Source: Dipteris shenzhenensis (lineage: Eukaryota). From it: a stretch of 64,000 nt of DNA. Made by a program: the position numbers and the translations under genes. Below are positions 37,485 to 50,350 of this stretch, one piece after another. Below the pieces are notes generated by a model that ran no database searches, was not told where the DNA came from, and saw only the letters and a list, made by a program, of their open reading frames with translations. Every line of letters starts with the position of its first letter. Positions within the stretch are counted from its first letter, which is position 1. Location of the stretch: the NCBI GenBank assembly GCA_047967505.1, contig CM106538.1, one strand, 5' to 3'.

Positions 37485-38469
37485 TTTCTATTAGCCAGAT
37501 AAGAAATCAGGACCAGAGGCTAGAGGCTAAGCATGGCAACACTCGAGGGCCATAGAGGAAAGGAGAACGTGAGGGAAAAACGTTATCATGGGAGGGAAAA
37601 AGGAATTAGAAGGGGAGGGAATGAAGAGGGAGACTATGACACAAGGGAAAAGGGAGAGGGGGAAGAGAAGCATGTACATGATGGGAGGAGGAATGTAAAG
37701 ATGGAGACATCAAGGGAAGAGGACCATGCTTTATTTTAAAAGGAAGGGGAAGGGAGAAATCAAAGTACTAGCTAGGTGGCTTTACAAGAATGAGCATGTC
37801 CCATCAAGGAATAGCCCTCTCCTTTTATAGCTAAGAGAGGGGGTCTCTCCCAATAAGTGCATCCTCCCACATGCATGGTGTGTGTGGAAAAGTCTCCCAT
37901 GTGGGCTAGGCGGTTACGCACTCTCAATTATGTGCGATAATATTTTGCCTCATTTTTCCACATAAATCAAGCCCCATATCTCAAGTCTATGATACTCCCT
38001 TGGTCTCTTCCCAATTTTATAATACGTTCAAACCTCTAGGAGGACAAGTGGAGGGTTGGCACAAGGAATCTTGCCACCTCATCCTACTTTCCCCATTATT
38101 TAACTTGCTCTCTTGGATCTTCTATACCTCCCCCACATGGGCCTATCCTATATGGAGGGAATAACCCAATATAATATCCATCTCCACCTATTTTATATTA
38201 CTTCTCCCATGGACTTTGAGCCATATCTCACTAAATGCAGCCTAGGTGGAGGGGTGGCACATGGAGGAGCCATGCCATCTTACATTTTATAAAATTACTA
38301 CCATGGATCACACCTTATGGGTCCTCTTACGTGGAAGGGTGGCACATGGTCATGCCCTGCCACCTCAACCCTGGGCCCTATGCACACCATATTTTATTAT
38401 ACTATTGCCACACATACAAACACACACATGTATTAATGCCTTTTTCCTTAGACAAATTTATCCATAACA

Positions 38470-38678
38470 ATATGCAATGTCCCACCACATTTTGAGATCA
38501 TGGACATTTAGTATTGGACCCACATAAGCTATAATAGGGCATCTACGATGACTTATGGTTCAAGGAAAGTTTGCACAGTCGTCCAAGCGCTGCTAAATTT
38601 TGTGGTGTTTTTGATATTGCTGCCAGATGCGGCATAGGACTCAGTGCCCACGAAGGACTTAGACCAACAAATGATTGA
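38470..38678 (+). pseudogene. Probable 3' remnant of the kinase pseudogene
   Basis: Same frame as STLHKM across the TSD; contains ESLHSRPSAAKF, resembling subdomain XI (RPSA); stops present. Confidence 0.5.
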
Positions 38679-39236
38679 CTCTCTCTTGAACAATTTGTAA
38701 TAGCTATTTTGAAACATGAATTTTTGTTACATTACTATTTTTGTATCTCATTGAGTCGGACTTTAATCAATGTAGATGGAATTATCTCGGCTTGGCTTTT
38801 AGCCATCAAGACGATGGCTTCTAGTGTATACAGCCAAAGATAGGAGCAGCAGCATGCCACTACTCAGATTACAAAATTAGAAGGACTATGTGCTGCTCCA
38901 CGCTTTAGCCTTTTGCAAGGCTTATGTGAGCGATGACGGTACATTTGTTTCGAGGAAAGGGAAGGCAAAGTGTCGTGTTGGTTGCGGAGAGTGTGCAAGA
39001 AATCACCCACAATTGTACAGAGCAAAAAGAAAGAGAAATAGGTGGAGAAGCTGGAAATTGGGATACTACAGAGCAAAAAGAAAGAGAAATAGGTGGAGAA
39101 GCTGGAAATTGGGATACTGGAAGCGAAAAGGCAACTTTCCCAAGCTCTTTTCTAAGTAGCTGAGTGAAAATCAGATCTTAGCAGGCATATGATGAGAGGT
39201 GGAGATTCTGAGTAACGCAATCATCAAAGGCTATTC

Positions 39237-39237
<1 letters not shown>

Positions 39238-39290
<53 letters not shown>
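39238..39290. repeat. (TG)n(AG)n microsatellite; further (GA/CT)n runs at 42942-42980, 43747-43783 and 53300-53391
   Basis: Direct inspection. Confidence 0.95.
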
Positions 39291-39293
<3 letters not shown>

Positions 39294-39545
39294 TTCTTAG
39301 AACGCCTAAGCTCCTTTGGGAGAACGTTCATGAGCTATTGAATCAGATTTCATTAAAAACCTAGTCACTAGACAGACAAAGGTTTTGTGTGGATGAATAA
39401 TGATAGGAGAAAGAGAACACGAATAATCTCGAAGGCTTATGCCATTTGCGATGTTCCCAGCTCACCTCCGAGCTTAACAGCCCAAGACCAGAGCTGAGAA
39501 ATAGGGAGAAAGAATAGACGTTAGTGAAGGCTTTCATCTAAAAGC

Positions 39546-40647
39546 TTAGAGCTTGTCAGCCATGGGATCAGAGTCCATGAAGTAGCGATTGAGGGGACTG
39601 TCTGGCAGCATTTCCATGTGATCAAATACTGAAGAGGAGGCAGGAACCTCGTCCACCTTTGTTGCGGAATCAGGTCTTTGCGAGGATCCTTCTACCTCCA
39701 TGGTGGGTTCAGCTGCGCATGTTCTCGTTCCTGTTGTTGCCACCGTCGTCGCTACTACTGGCGGGGAGCATTGCGCAGATGACACGATTTGTTGATTCGA
39801 GACGGCGAGAGACTGCAACAGGTGTTGGATTGCTGAAGGTTGCGACTGATCTTGTGTCGTCAACATCGACCAATCCAATGGCGAAACTGGCAGCTGACCT
39901 CGCCGGAGAGCAACTTGTACGGAGCTGAAATCCTTCGCATCGCGCTTGTGATCCGCCTCTGCTTGTTCTGCTGCTCCCAATCTCGTCGATGTGTCTTCCG
40001 AAAATTCGTGAGCTCTCTCAGCAAAACTGAGGTTGATGCCAGCGAGGGATGGCGATTGTGATTGCGATTTCGCTTGAAGCAGGCACTGCGAGACTAGATC
40101 TATGGTCCTGGGCCGAACGTTGAAGTAATCGCTGCTGTTGTTGCTAGTACAGCTAAAACCTGCGTCTGCATTGCTGCAGCTATCGCTAATTAGAGCTGCA
40201 GCGTGAAGCTGGCAAAAGTCTGATTTGATGTCGGGAGAGGTGACGGGAGGGCCAAATCTGGGAGTGAAGGCGGAGCTATGGATGGTGGGGGAGGAGGGAG
40301 GGAGGAGGGTGAAGGCAACGGTGGAGGAATTGGAAAGCGACAGGGGAAATGGAAGCAAATTGGGATGTTGCTGGGGAAGCAAATTAGCAAATGGGACATG
40401 GAGCGTGTTGGAGGTAGTGGAGATGGGTGGTTGCTGTGAAAATCCTTGGAGACATTGCATGGAGATTTGAGGCATCAAAGGCTGTTGGAATGCAAAAGGC
40501 CATGTCTGATTGTCTAATTGAGAGGATCTGCAACTGTGGTCGCCTCTGTATGTGACATCACACATCGTTGCATCCTCGTCACACCTCTGCACGTGCTTGA
40601 CTGCTTGGCATCCAAGATCGGATTTGTGCGTGCATCTGTAGTAGCTC
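39546..40647 (-). CDS. WRKY: Group III WRKY transcription factor, exon 3
   Basis: GCAG acceptor; SYYRCTHKSDLGCQAVKHVQRCDEDATMCDVTYRGDHSC (C-X7-C-X23-H-X-C); open to TAA at 39548-39546. Confidence 0.95.
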
Positions 40648-40829
40648 CTGCATCACACAATACATCAGATTGATTCCAAGCATTGCACAATTGCTTTCTT
40701 GTAATCTTTCAGTTTAGAATCTCCTTTGAGATTCTTGCAATAGTTTCGGTTTGGAATCTCCTTTTAAATTGATAACACAGGAGATCCCAGGTAGTCCTTT
40801 CCTCAAAGCATGAAATATTTGTTCTAAGA

Positions 40830-41225
40830 ATGCATACCAATTGTTCTTTAGATCCATTCCAAGAATCATACATGTTCAAACGTCAAACAATGTGTGAGCT
40901 CTATCCCAAATATTTGTTAGGGATATTTGTTGTAACAATGCATACCAATTGTTCTTTAGATCCACTCCAAGCATCATTCAAACGTCAAACAATTGTATGG
41001 AGTTTTGTCCAAGCATCATACAATTTCGAACTTTAAACAACGCATCATATATCTTTTCCAAAATTTGTTTCACACAATGCATCATATCCATTGCACTACA
41101 CACTTTAAACAATTGTATGGAGTTCTATGCAAGCATCATACAATTGTTCAAAATTTAAACAATGCATCATATCTCTTTTCCAAAACTTGTTTCACATAAT
41201 GCATCATATCCATTGCACTCACACT
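40830..41225. repeat. Tandem duplications in WRKY intron 2
   Basis: 40828-40890 similar to 40937-40992; 40988-41106 similar to 41108-41227. Confidence 0.85.
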
Positions 41226-41368
41226 TTACCGCAATGAGTTCAAACAATTTGAGCACAAACATTTTACACCCTTAAGCTTCCAAATCATTACACGGCAACA
41301 ACCAAGCATTCACGACATTTCTAACAAATTTTCATGCTAAAAGACTTGGATTGCAAGTAATAGAGCAC

Positions 41369-41503
41369 CTCGGATATTTGGCACCTAGAATGTCTTTTTG
41401 GCCATACTTTCTCCAAGTGTGACCATCATTCGGAGGGATTTCCACGCCCTGATCCAAATTGCTAGCAGGCATCTTGAGCATCACTTTGGGCAACAATTTC
41501 CTC
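41369..41503 (-). CDS. WRKY: Group III WRKY, exon 2
   Basis: [30 protein letters not shown]; the conserved phase-2 R-type intron follows (AG|GT at 41369). Confidence 0.96.
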
Positions 41504-41800
41504 CTAGCAAAGTTCAATCGCATCAGATTCTACCTTAAAATTTGGATCTAAACCCATCACTGATCTAGATAAACAGAATGCACTGGTGATCTAGATCAAC
41601 TATGCAACAGAATGCACTCCTCAACATTTTGAATTGAACCAGATCAACAGAATACACTAATGATCAACTATTCAACAGGATACACTGCTCAATATTTTGA
41701 ATTGAATCAGAATACAGTGCTCAACATTTTGAGTTGATCAGATCAACAGAATTCCACAGAATTGATCTAGATCAACAGAATACACTACTGCTCCACGCAC

Positions 41801-42441
41801 CTCTTTCTCGGATTTTCTCGACCATCCTTGCTCCTGCCGTTGCCTCCGGCAGCCCCGTCGTTCTCGGCTGTCTGATCTCCTGCCTCCTGAACACCGGTCC
41901 CTACCTCCTTTTCCAGCTCCAGACTCAGATTTACTGTTGGAGACCCTTCCGACATCTCGCTCGTCGGACTATTGTTGCTGTGCGGCGGGCTTCGTGTAAC
42001 CCTCTTTGCCATTGGAGTTGCCGTCGTTGCCGCCATGCCGCGCGGTGACATTGGTGGCGTCTCCTCACTCCGAGTCGTGGACAGAGGGCTCCCCACCGCC
42101 CAGAATGGCCTCTTCTGCGCTCGCGGTGACATAGTGCAGCGATCCACCAGCTGCTGCGATGGCGAGGCCGAGCTACTGGGAACTGAACCTCTGCTACCGC
42201 TACCGGAAATGAGGAGCTTAATTGTATCGTTGAAGGTAGCAATCACCTCTACTGCACCAATTACGAAGCTGGAGCGAAGCTCGGAGCTGTCGGCTTCGCA
42301 GAGCTTGCCTGGGGGAGTGGTGTGCAGCTTCTGCTCGAGCTCCTTCACAAGCTCGCATCCTTGAAACAGCTGCTCTCGCACTCTGTGATCGAATTTCAGC
42401 ATTTCGTCATCTTCCTGGTGATCTCGAAGATCCTGTGCCAT
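41801..42441 (-). CDS. WRKY: Group III WRKY, exon 1
   Basis: ATG 42441 (MAQDLRD); REQLFQGCELVKELEQKL is typical of the group III N-terminus; ends ENPRKR with GT donor at 41800. Confidence 0.88.
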
Positions 42442-42938
42442 CCAATTCTTCGTCAACTTGCAGACAGCGCGATCGACCTTGCTCAGCTAGTGGGCAACCT
42501 GAATTCGCAATTCTCTCTCTTTCTCTCTGTCTCTCACTCTATAACAGGACCCGAGAGTTCTAAAGGAGTTGCGTCACTTGCGTGCTCTCTCGGGTTAATT
42601 TCTCGCGCAGCTGAACTTGGAGCAGTGGCTGGTTGAGGCGAAAGTAAAGTTCCTTCCCTACTTCTGAACTCAATTTGGACTGATTCTATCGATGGCTTGC
42701 ACTGGACAACCTGAATTCGCAGCCGCCTCCACTCGGTAACAGGACAGGACGTGAGAATCCTAAAGTTGCATACTCTGTCGCGCTAATTTTTCGCGCAGCT
42801 GAACGTCGTGGGGCAGTGCCATGCTGAGGCGAAAGAAAAGTTCAATGGGGGGCAGGACAATTGTCCCCTTTGCCTAGCTCTTTTGCTTTGGTCTGAGCTC
42901 ACTGATCTCTTTGTCTTTACAGTTGTTCCTTCTACCTC

Positions 42939-42983
<45 letters not shown>

Positions 42984-43109
42984 CTTTCTTTCTATTCTTC
43001 TGATACCGTATTGTTTTATCGATCAGGAAGAGGCGAAGGCAGACGGGCGAAGGATGAACGAGGGGCAGCGGCTGACTGAGTATAAACTTGAGGCCAGACA
43101 GGGGCACTC

Positions 43110-43710
43110 GCCCACGTGGCATCTCCACGTCGAAAAACGCCACGTAGATTTCCACCGAACAACGCTTCTTATAGCTTCCATTTAAGGCTTCTGCACTTTA
43201 CAAAGACTGAGTCAAACTATCCACACACGTGTTCAACGGTCAACCTTTAAATATTGACTACGACTCTTTTTCCCCTCACGCCGTTCAAATTTCCTTGAGC
43301 AGGCCGTCCCCCTCCCTCTCTCTCTCCTGTGCTCCTTTTGCTTGCCCTCCGATATCGTCAAGTCCCCTGCTCCACACCCCCTCTCCTCTGTCCGCAAGCC
43401 TCCAACCGGTTTGTGCCTTGCCTTCATCTGTTTTTGTCAATGTCCCTCCATCATGAAATCATTTCCTTGCTCACTCTCCCACAATTCCACAATTCAAAGT
43501 TTGTCCCCCCTAAACAAGCTCATGACCTTCAATTTGTTATCATGGAACCGAAATAACATCATGTTGGAATTCAAAGGGGAAGAGTTGGTTAATTCACATC
43601 AATACAAAGGCTTTTCAATACTACTTGCTGATGTTGATGAGAATGATAAGACACGGTCTGTAATGTTTCACAAAGGAGCGAAATGGTCAAATAATAACTT
43701 TTGACTGAGT
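43110..43710. promoter_or_regulatory. W-box and G-box/ABRE cluster upstream of WRKY
   Basis: TTGACY (either strand) at 43210, 43238, 43254, 43685, 43701; CCACGTGGC at 43112, GCCACGTA at 43139, CACGTG at 43226. Confidence 0.65.
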
Positions 43711-43742
43711 CTCCTCGCTACTTGCCTCAAGTTGGAATGTTG

Positions 43743-43787
<45 letters not shown>

Positions 43788-43814
43788 TTATGGCATTCTT
43801 ATTCTCGAGGGGTG

Positions 43815-44070
43815 CACTAATAAGAAACCCTATGTATCACGTGCGTTCAAAGGGTATTAAAAAAAAAACCTCAACTAAAATTTGCCTCCCAATGAAAACA
43901 TCCCTCTTTGCTTATGGACTAGGTGATTTTTTTATAAAATTGAATTAAAAAACCCCTCTTGTAATCGTAATCCTGTTAAATTTTATAGAAAAGTCAAATT
44001 AAAATACCCCTCCTTTTGAATGCACATGGTACATTAAAATTTTATAAGGTGAACCCTGAGTTCTTATTAT
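43815..44070. mobile_element. MITE-like inverted repeat
   Basis: 43831-43851 TATGTATCACGTGCGTTCAAA vs rc of 44015-44035 AATGTACCATGTGCATTCAAA; AT-rich interior; exact ends and TSD unclear. Confidence 0.5.
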
Positions 44071-44952
44071 TTACTTGCATTAGTGTTCATATCAAGGACT
44101 TTGAGTCATCTTGTAACTTTGATCTATTCTAAAAATTTCATGGAGAAGATTTGAAAATATAGCACATTTTGCTATAACTTTTCGAGCATGTCACAATATT
44201 CAGAGATTTCCTAACCTAGTGAAGTTATACGATTATGTGATTTTATGATTTACATCTTATAACGCCATCACTAAAAGGTAGACTTGATTAAAGAACACTT
44301 TCTAATATTCTCTTAAAAAATGACCAATCATTACCATAACATGACAACAAACCTCTTTTTCCTTTGGCCACAAAACAAACTAAAAAACAACGTGTACTCA
44401 TTTAAATACTAGTAATTTAAGGGGAAAATCTTTCCATGAGCTTCTTGTCGTGAGCTTTTGTGGCACTCCAAGTTATTTGGTGAGCTTTATCCACCACTAG
44501 AATCAGTCGCGTGTACGCCAGCAAAAAGGTGGTGGTTGTCATTGCCACCCAAAAATGCATATTACGAAGCCTCTGGATCTTGCCGTCAGTATGTCCTCAT
44601 CAACGCAAGAGGCAAGTGATGATGAGGATGACTGGCGGTAGAAATACGAATGTCTTAGGGGAGGTAATAAGTGATGATGAGGACTGGCGCTTGAAATGTG
44701 AATCCCTTTCTCCAGTTTTTGCAGCGAATACCAATATACGGCGAATGCTGGCACCTCCAGATGCGAAAACATTGCATGAGAAATGCGAATCCAAGGCCCC
44801 GAATTTGGCATCAAATGCTAGTACAAGCACCTCCGCATGCGAAAACATTGTGAAACTGAAACTATGGCAAATATCAACACCTCCACATGTGGAAACATTG
44901 CACGAGAAATGTGAATCCAAGGCCCTAGATTTTGAGCCACCCGCATTGTGTA

Positions 44953-45015
44953 TGTGAGAAAGCTGCAAGTGAGACTCCTTACTTCCCTCCCACTCTCTTC
45001 ACATGGTATCAGAGC
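44953..45015 (+). mobile_element. Very short LTR-like segment followed by a tRNA-iMet PBS
   Basis: TGTGA...TCACA (44953-45003) immediately followed by TGGTATCAGAGC; no partner LTR seen. Confidence 0.6.
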
Positions 45016-46039
45016 TTGGTCAGTGGTAGCTCCTTAAAAATGCACCCCCGAAGGAATGATATCCCCCGGCCTACAGATTGCTCGATTGCGGCCAATTCTT
45101 CCCTTTAAACATCATTCATGAGTATCAACTTGTGTCCTCAGCTAGCAGACTGTCCATAGGAACAAAATTCCCCGGCATGAAGATTGCTCGACAGCCTGCG
45201 GCGGCAAGCTTCTCCCTGTAGCTCAGTTCACCATCTGTACCTGTGTGTCTTTCTATTCCCTTTGACTCATCTCGCCGGATCTACATGAAGTAGATCCTCT
45301 GTGCGAGCCATTGCATATTTGCTGCACGAATGATATTCCCCGGCCTGCAAATTGCTTGACTACATCCAACTCCTCCCTTCAGCTCTTCCATTGTACCCCT
45401 TGCATTGAATAATTCCTCACCTGTCAGGCTGTCCATCTGGCTACTTCCTCTGCCACCTTCGACAAGAGAAGGCATTGTTCGAGTGGTATATCTGTGTATG
45501 GTGACCAAAGTGTTGGCTCTTGGAAGTTCCTTTTCGGGCGAGACATCATTTCACCAGATCTACCTAAGTAGATCCTCAGGAGGCCTACCAATTGGCTGTT
45601 GCTTCAGTTGCAGTAAAGGCTTCAAACGATTCATTGCATTCTTTGCTAAAGGCATCGTTCCAGTTATTTGGGGTCTCAACCCTGACTTCATGCCCAAAAT
45701 TGATGTAATTTCAAATAGCTCCCTCTTTTCAGACTTCTTCCAGGCCCATTGTTCACTAGCAATGAGGACACGAATATTGCGTGAAAAAAAAGACTGTGCA
45801 TGATAGCTAGCAAACCTAAGCAGTGCGGACATGAATATCGCCTTTCTTTCAAGGTGGGAAGAAAAAGTGTCCTTGAATAGCGCCTACCCTGGTGTAGGCA
45901 ATGCAAACACATTGCGGGTTTTTATAAAAATATAAGTAGTGCGGAAACATTGTGGAAACAAACTTTTGATTGAAACATGTTCAATTACATTCCAAGGGCC
46001 AGCCCTCCATCCCAACTGTAGATAATGTTAGAGGCCAAC

Positions 46040-46962
46040 TAACTCTTATGCACACTAAGCAGTGATGCTATTTGTGTGGACGAAAAGGTTGGCTGGTGAA
46101 TGAACATGTCTTCACTCTTACGTAGCCCTATAACATGAAGGAACATGTAGTACACTTGTGCTTGCAAGCCAAGTATGGTTTTTTGGCCACCTCTCTTTTT
46201 TGGAAATTAGGATAGCTACAGCAGGGCTCTGTCTTGACTTGCACTTCGTAGGTGCTTCCACTGTTGCTGGAAACATGAAACACACAATGTCGCAGGGGCT
46301 GTATTGTCATCTTTGCGGATACCACTACATTCATCTCCTCTGCACTTGCAATTCTCTTGGAGGCCTCCTTTGAAATTCCATGTCTCCATTTGGACGATCT
46401 TGTAGCTATAGCACTGTCACTTTTCCCGGTCGAGTCCCTATTGTTGGTAGGATTAGAGGTAGGCTCTGTTGGTATGCCCGAGGACACCGCTTTAACCCAT
46501 GCTGACTTCACATTTATTAGCTTGGAACCCAGCTCATTGTTGTAGATGACATAGCTCTGCTAATGTTATATTTATTCCTACATCAACCTGGCTCTAGGAT
46601 ATCTACTTCTAAGAGAAGGATCTTTCAGTAGCAGTCGTGCAAAATATGGGATTCCAACTTGCAGGATGATTTGAGCTCTCCGAAAGTGTTGGTTTGTACA
46701 ATATATTACTATCCACATGCTATGTGTGCTCCCAATCATCTGTACAGAACCACATCCACTGCGGTTTCAGTCCACCGGGGCCAGGATGGCATCTTTCAGA
46801 GAAGAAACAAGGAGTCACGACTCCTTGAGAGATTTATTCTATATGGCAACCACACTTCCTCTTATCAACTGTGCCAAAACACTTCACCCTTGAAAGTTCT
46901 GCGTATTGCCCACATAGAACGGTTCACCGCCTCCTCCATGAGACTAAGGACCTCCTCTCTAT
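46040..46962 (-). pseudogene. SWIM zinc-finger protein pseudogene fragment (probably TE-derived)
   Basis: GSTYEVQVKTEPCCSYPNF..YLACKH then YYMFLHV..FIHQPTFS (YxV..CxC..CKH pattern); upstream WAIRRT and WFCTDD; frame abruptly replaced at about 46963. Confidence 0.7.
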
Positions 46963-47169
46963 TGGGTCACATTAGGGGAGAATTGGGGTCTCAAAAGGGC
47001 CAGGAATGGATCAGGGAATGCTTAATGGGCTAATGCAAGGGGCTTGGAGGGTCCCAAAGAGGCCTAACCAGCCCAACCTAGGTGGGTTAAGCCCACATTT
47101 GAGCCCACCTCCCCCCCCATCAATGAGGGGAGGGGGCCACTTTTTGAATTTTAAATTTCAAAATTTGAA

Positions 47170-47700
47170 TCTCCCTCCCTCCCTCCCTCTCTCTCTCTCT
47201 CTCCCTTCCTCCCTCTCTCTCCCTCCCCCTCCTCCCTCCCTCCTCCCTCCCTCTCTCTCTCTCTCTCCCTCCCTCCCTCTCCCTCCCTCCCCCTCCTCCC
47301 TCCCTCCCTCCCTCCCTTCTCCTTCCTCTCCCTCCCTCCCCCTCCCTCCTCCTCTCCCCTCCCTCCTCCTCTCCCCTCCTTCGTCTTGCGCCTCCTCCTC
47401 CCTCTCCCCTCCTCCTCCTCCTCCTTCTGGCTCCTCCTGCCTCCTTCCTCTCCCCTCCTTCTCCAGCCGCCCTACTCCCTCTCCTCTGCTCCTCCCTCCT
47501 GCAGAATCTCTCCCCTCCTCCCTCCTGTAGCATCTCTCCCCTCCTCCTCCCTTCTACAGCAGCTCCTTCCCTCCCTTCTACACCAGTCGCCCTACTCTCC
47601 TCTCCTCTTCCTCTTGCCCGATTTGCTTCTCCTCCTCCCTCTTCCTTGCTACTCTCTCCCTCTCACTGCTCAATCTTTGCCAGCTCTCTCCTACATTTTA
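47170..47700. repeat. Polypyrimidine low-complexity tract (CCT/CCCT/CT)
   Basis: About 500 bp, almost all C/T on the plus strand, just upstream of the transposase ATG. Confidence 0.95.
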
Positions 47701-47946
47701 GCCTGCATCACTGATACCTCTCTTTGAGTACTTATGGCACCATTCGAGGACATATCCAACAAGTACCATGTGAACCTACAACTAGAGGTAGAATATACAA
47801 GCACACGCCTTTTGGAATATAGTGGAACTCCTCAAAGTGTGCTCCACAGTCTTTGATTGCAAGGGAAGAAGCATCTTGACCTTTGGGTGGATGGAAACTT
47901 GTATCCTTTAGAACCTGCCACCCAAAAGAGTCCTCCTTTTCATATA

Positions 47947-49390
47947 GTGCATGATGTTTGGTTTGTTGGCAATAGACATGCTGGATTGCTCAGTTATTGC
48001 AATCTATTGTGGCAATGCATAGTAGTATGCAAGATCTCCAATTGCAAAACAAAGAACTCAGTGACAAAGCACGTGCACTAGACTTGGAGCGACAGGAATT
48101 GGAAGAATCAATCTAGAAGCTTGCTAAAAGCAAACAAGATTTGGAAAGGTCTATCTATGGCCAAGTTCAACGTGCTATGGAGAAGGAACGAGAGAAGTTG
48201 ATAGAACAAGTACAAAAGTTGAAGGAAACACCTTTGGGACTGAAGGAGAGGAAAAGAAAATTGCAATCTATGGATGCATTGTCAACCAATAGTGGTTCCC
48301 GAAAGAGGAGAGTACGGGCTGCAAGGTTAGTTCCCCAAAATTTCAATGAAATTTCTTACTCCAAAATATTCATGGTGTTGCATTGTTTCCACTAAGACTC
48401 ATTTGTACTCAACTTTAGGAATTTCATGGAGGATGCAATGGGAGCATTGGAAATGGATGATAGTGATCCTTCATATGTCCTAAGAAGTTTAATAAAGCCA
48501 AGTGATGTCATTGAAGTGTTGAAGGACCCCAGACAAAAAGGGCTACGTGAACAAGTTGCTAGAGAGGTAATGAAGGACTTTAAGGGCCTCGTGCAAGCAA
48601 AGGAGATGCTTGGAACTTGTGCCGGTGCATGATGTTCAGTTTGTTGGCAATGGACATGCTGGATTGCTCGGTTATTGCAATCGATTGAACCATTCTTAGA
48701 CATTGGCTATGCAAGCAAGCGAGGTGTAGAGAGCCCAAGCAGAAGAACTTGCACATTTGGGAAATATTATTATTGTGCCAATGCATAGTAGTATGCAAGA
48801 TCTCCAATTGCAAAACAAAGAACTAAGTGACAAAGCACGTGCACTAGACTTGGAGCGACAGGAATTGGAAGAATCAATCTAGAAGCCTGTTGAAAGCAAA
48901 CAAGATTTGGAAAGGTCTATCTATGGCCAAGTTCAACGTGCTATGGAGAAGGAATGAGAGAAGTCGATAGAACAAGTACAAAAGTTGAAGGGAACACCTT
49001 TGGGACTGAAGGAGAGAAAAGGAAATTGCAATCTATGGATGCATTGTCAACCAATAGAGGTTCTCGAGAGAGGAGAGTACGAGCTGCAAGGTTAGTTCCC
49101 CAAAATTTCAATGAAATTTCTGACTCCAAAATATTCATGGTGTTGCATTGTTTCACTAAGACTCATTTGTACTCAACTTTAGGAATTTCATGGAGGATGT
49201 GATGGGAGCAATGGAAATGGATGATAGTGATCCTTCATATGTTCTAAGAAGTTTAATAAAGCCAAGTGATGTCATTGAAATGTTGAAGGACCGTAGACAA
49301 AAAGGGCTACGTGAACAAGTTGCTAGAGAGGGAATGAAGGACTTTAAGGGCCTCATGCAAGAAAAGGAGGTGCTTGGAGCTTGTGTTGCT
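47947..49390 (+). repeat. Tandem duplication of about 680/760 bp within the transposase gene
   Basis: 47947-48624 and 48625-49388 are colinear, including the intron; the first copy lacks about 85 bp. Confidence 0.95.
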
Positions 49391-50090
49391 GTTGGTGTAA
49401 GTCGTGAAGCTTACAACTCTGTTTTTAAAATTTTCAAGTCTGCTACGAAGGAAAAGTATGAGATATCTACAATGCCATTGCCAACACCGTGGTCTGTAAG
49501 GCTTGCACATCAAGAAACAAACCAATGTACTAGAGAAAAGCTTGGAGGATACCATTGTTTAAGTGGCACAATGACTTGGAAGAGCAAAAAGAAATCTGGC
49601 ATCTAAACGTTTGAGATTAATGCTTTCAATAATGTTTACGTGGATGTAGAGAATTTGCAGAGAGCCATGGTCAAATTCTAAGGGATGAGAGAAGAAGATA
49701 AGAGAAATTCCCTCTTTGCATTTAACGTTATTTCTTCCCATTTCTATATCCTTAATGTATTTCTCTTTCATTGTACAGATGGCAAGCTAGTATTTGTTAT
49801 AAAAATGGATGAAGCTCAGTTGGTAAAAGACCACAAGCTAGAGAGGGTGAGCATTTGTATTATGAACGATGCCTTACATTTTTCTCAAGGGGATGAGGAA
49901 GTTGAGCAGGGTTTCTTAGTCTAATTTGAGGACATATCGTGGCTTGCAGCCTTTGAGACCCCAAAGGAGTGGCACGAGACATTGAAGTGGGTTTTGGAGA
50001 GAACCGACATCCTGTCGATTATTCAAAGATAAGAGGCAAGGCAAACATTAATAGTGGATGGGCATGGAATGTTTCAAGTTGAATGACATC

Positions 50091-50350
50091 CAGCCAAGAA
50101 AAAAATTAGGGGCGAATTTTAGCCCAAGGGCTAATTTAGCAGCTTTCCCAAGTTGGTTGGGCTAATATTTAGAGCTTTAAATTTGATAAATTAGCCCAAA
50201 AATAAAGGTGGGCTAATTTTTAGAGCCTCCAATTTGATAAATTTGCCCTAAAAGTGGTAGAAGGACTAATATTTATAACTCTATATGGGGGAAGGTTTGC
50301 CCATTGACCTACACTGTCATAATCTTGTTCCCTCATAATTTTTTACCCTG
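50091..50350. mobile_element. 260 bp MITE-like insertion with 4 bp TSD
   Basis: CATC|CAGCCAAGAAAAAAATTAGGGG ... CCTCATAATTTTTTACCCTG|CATC; removal restores VE*HLVGDLK; internal GGGCTAA repeats. Confidence 0.85.

Larger units (their letters stand above)
29393..38469 (-). mobile_element. Full-length decayed Ty3/Gypsy LTR retrotransposon (about 9.1 kb)
   Basis: LTRs 29393-30399 and about 37487-38469 (about 1 kb, highly similar); TSD AGATG/ATATG; PBS 37467-37484; PPT GGGAGGGAAC adjoining 30400; order gag-PR-RT-RH-IN. Confidence 0.95.

Noticed and set aside
47006-47727. Pro/Ser- and Gly/Arg/Glu-rich ORFs
   Set aside because: Artefacts of the C/T low-complexity tract.
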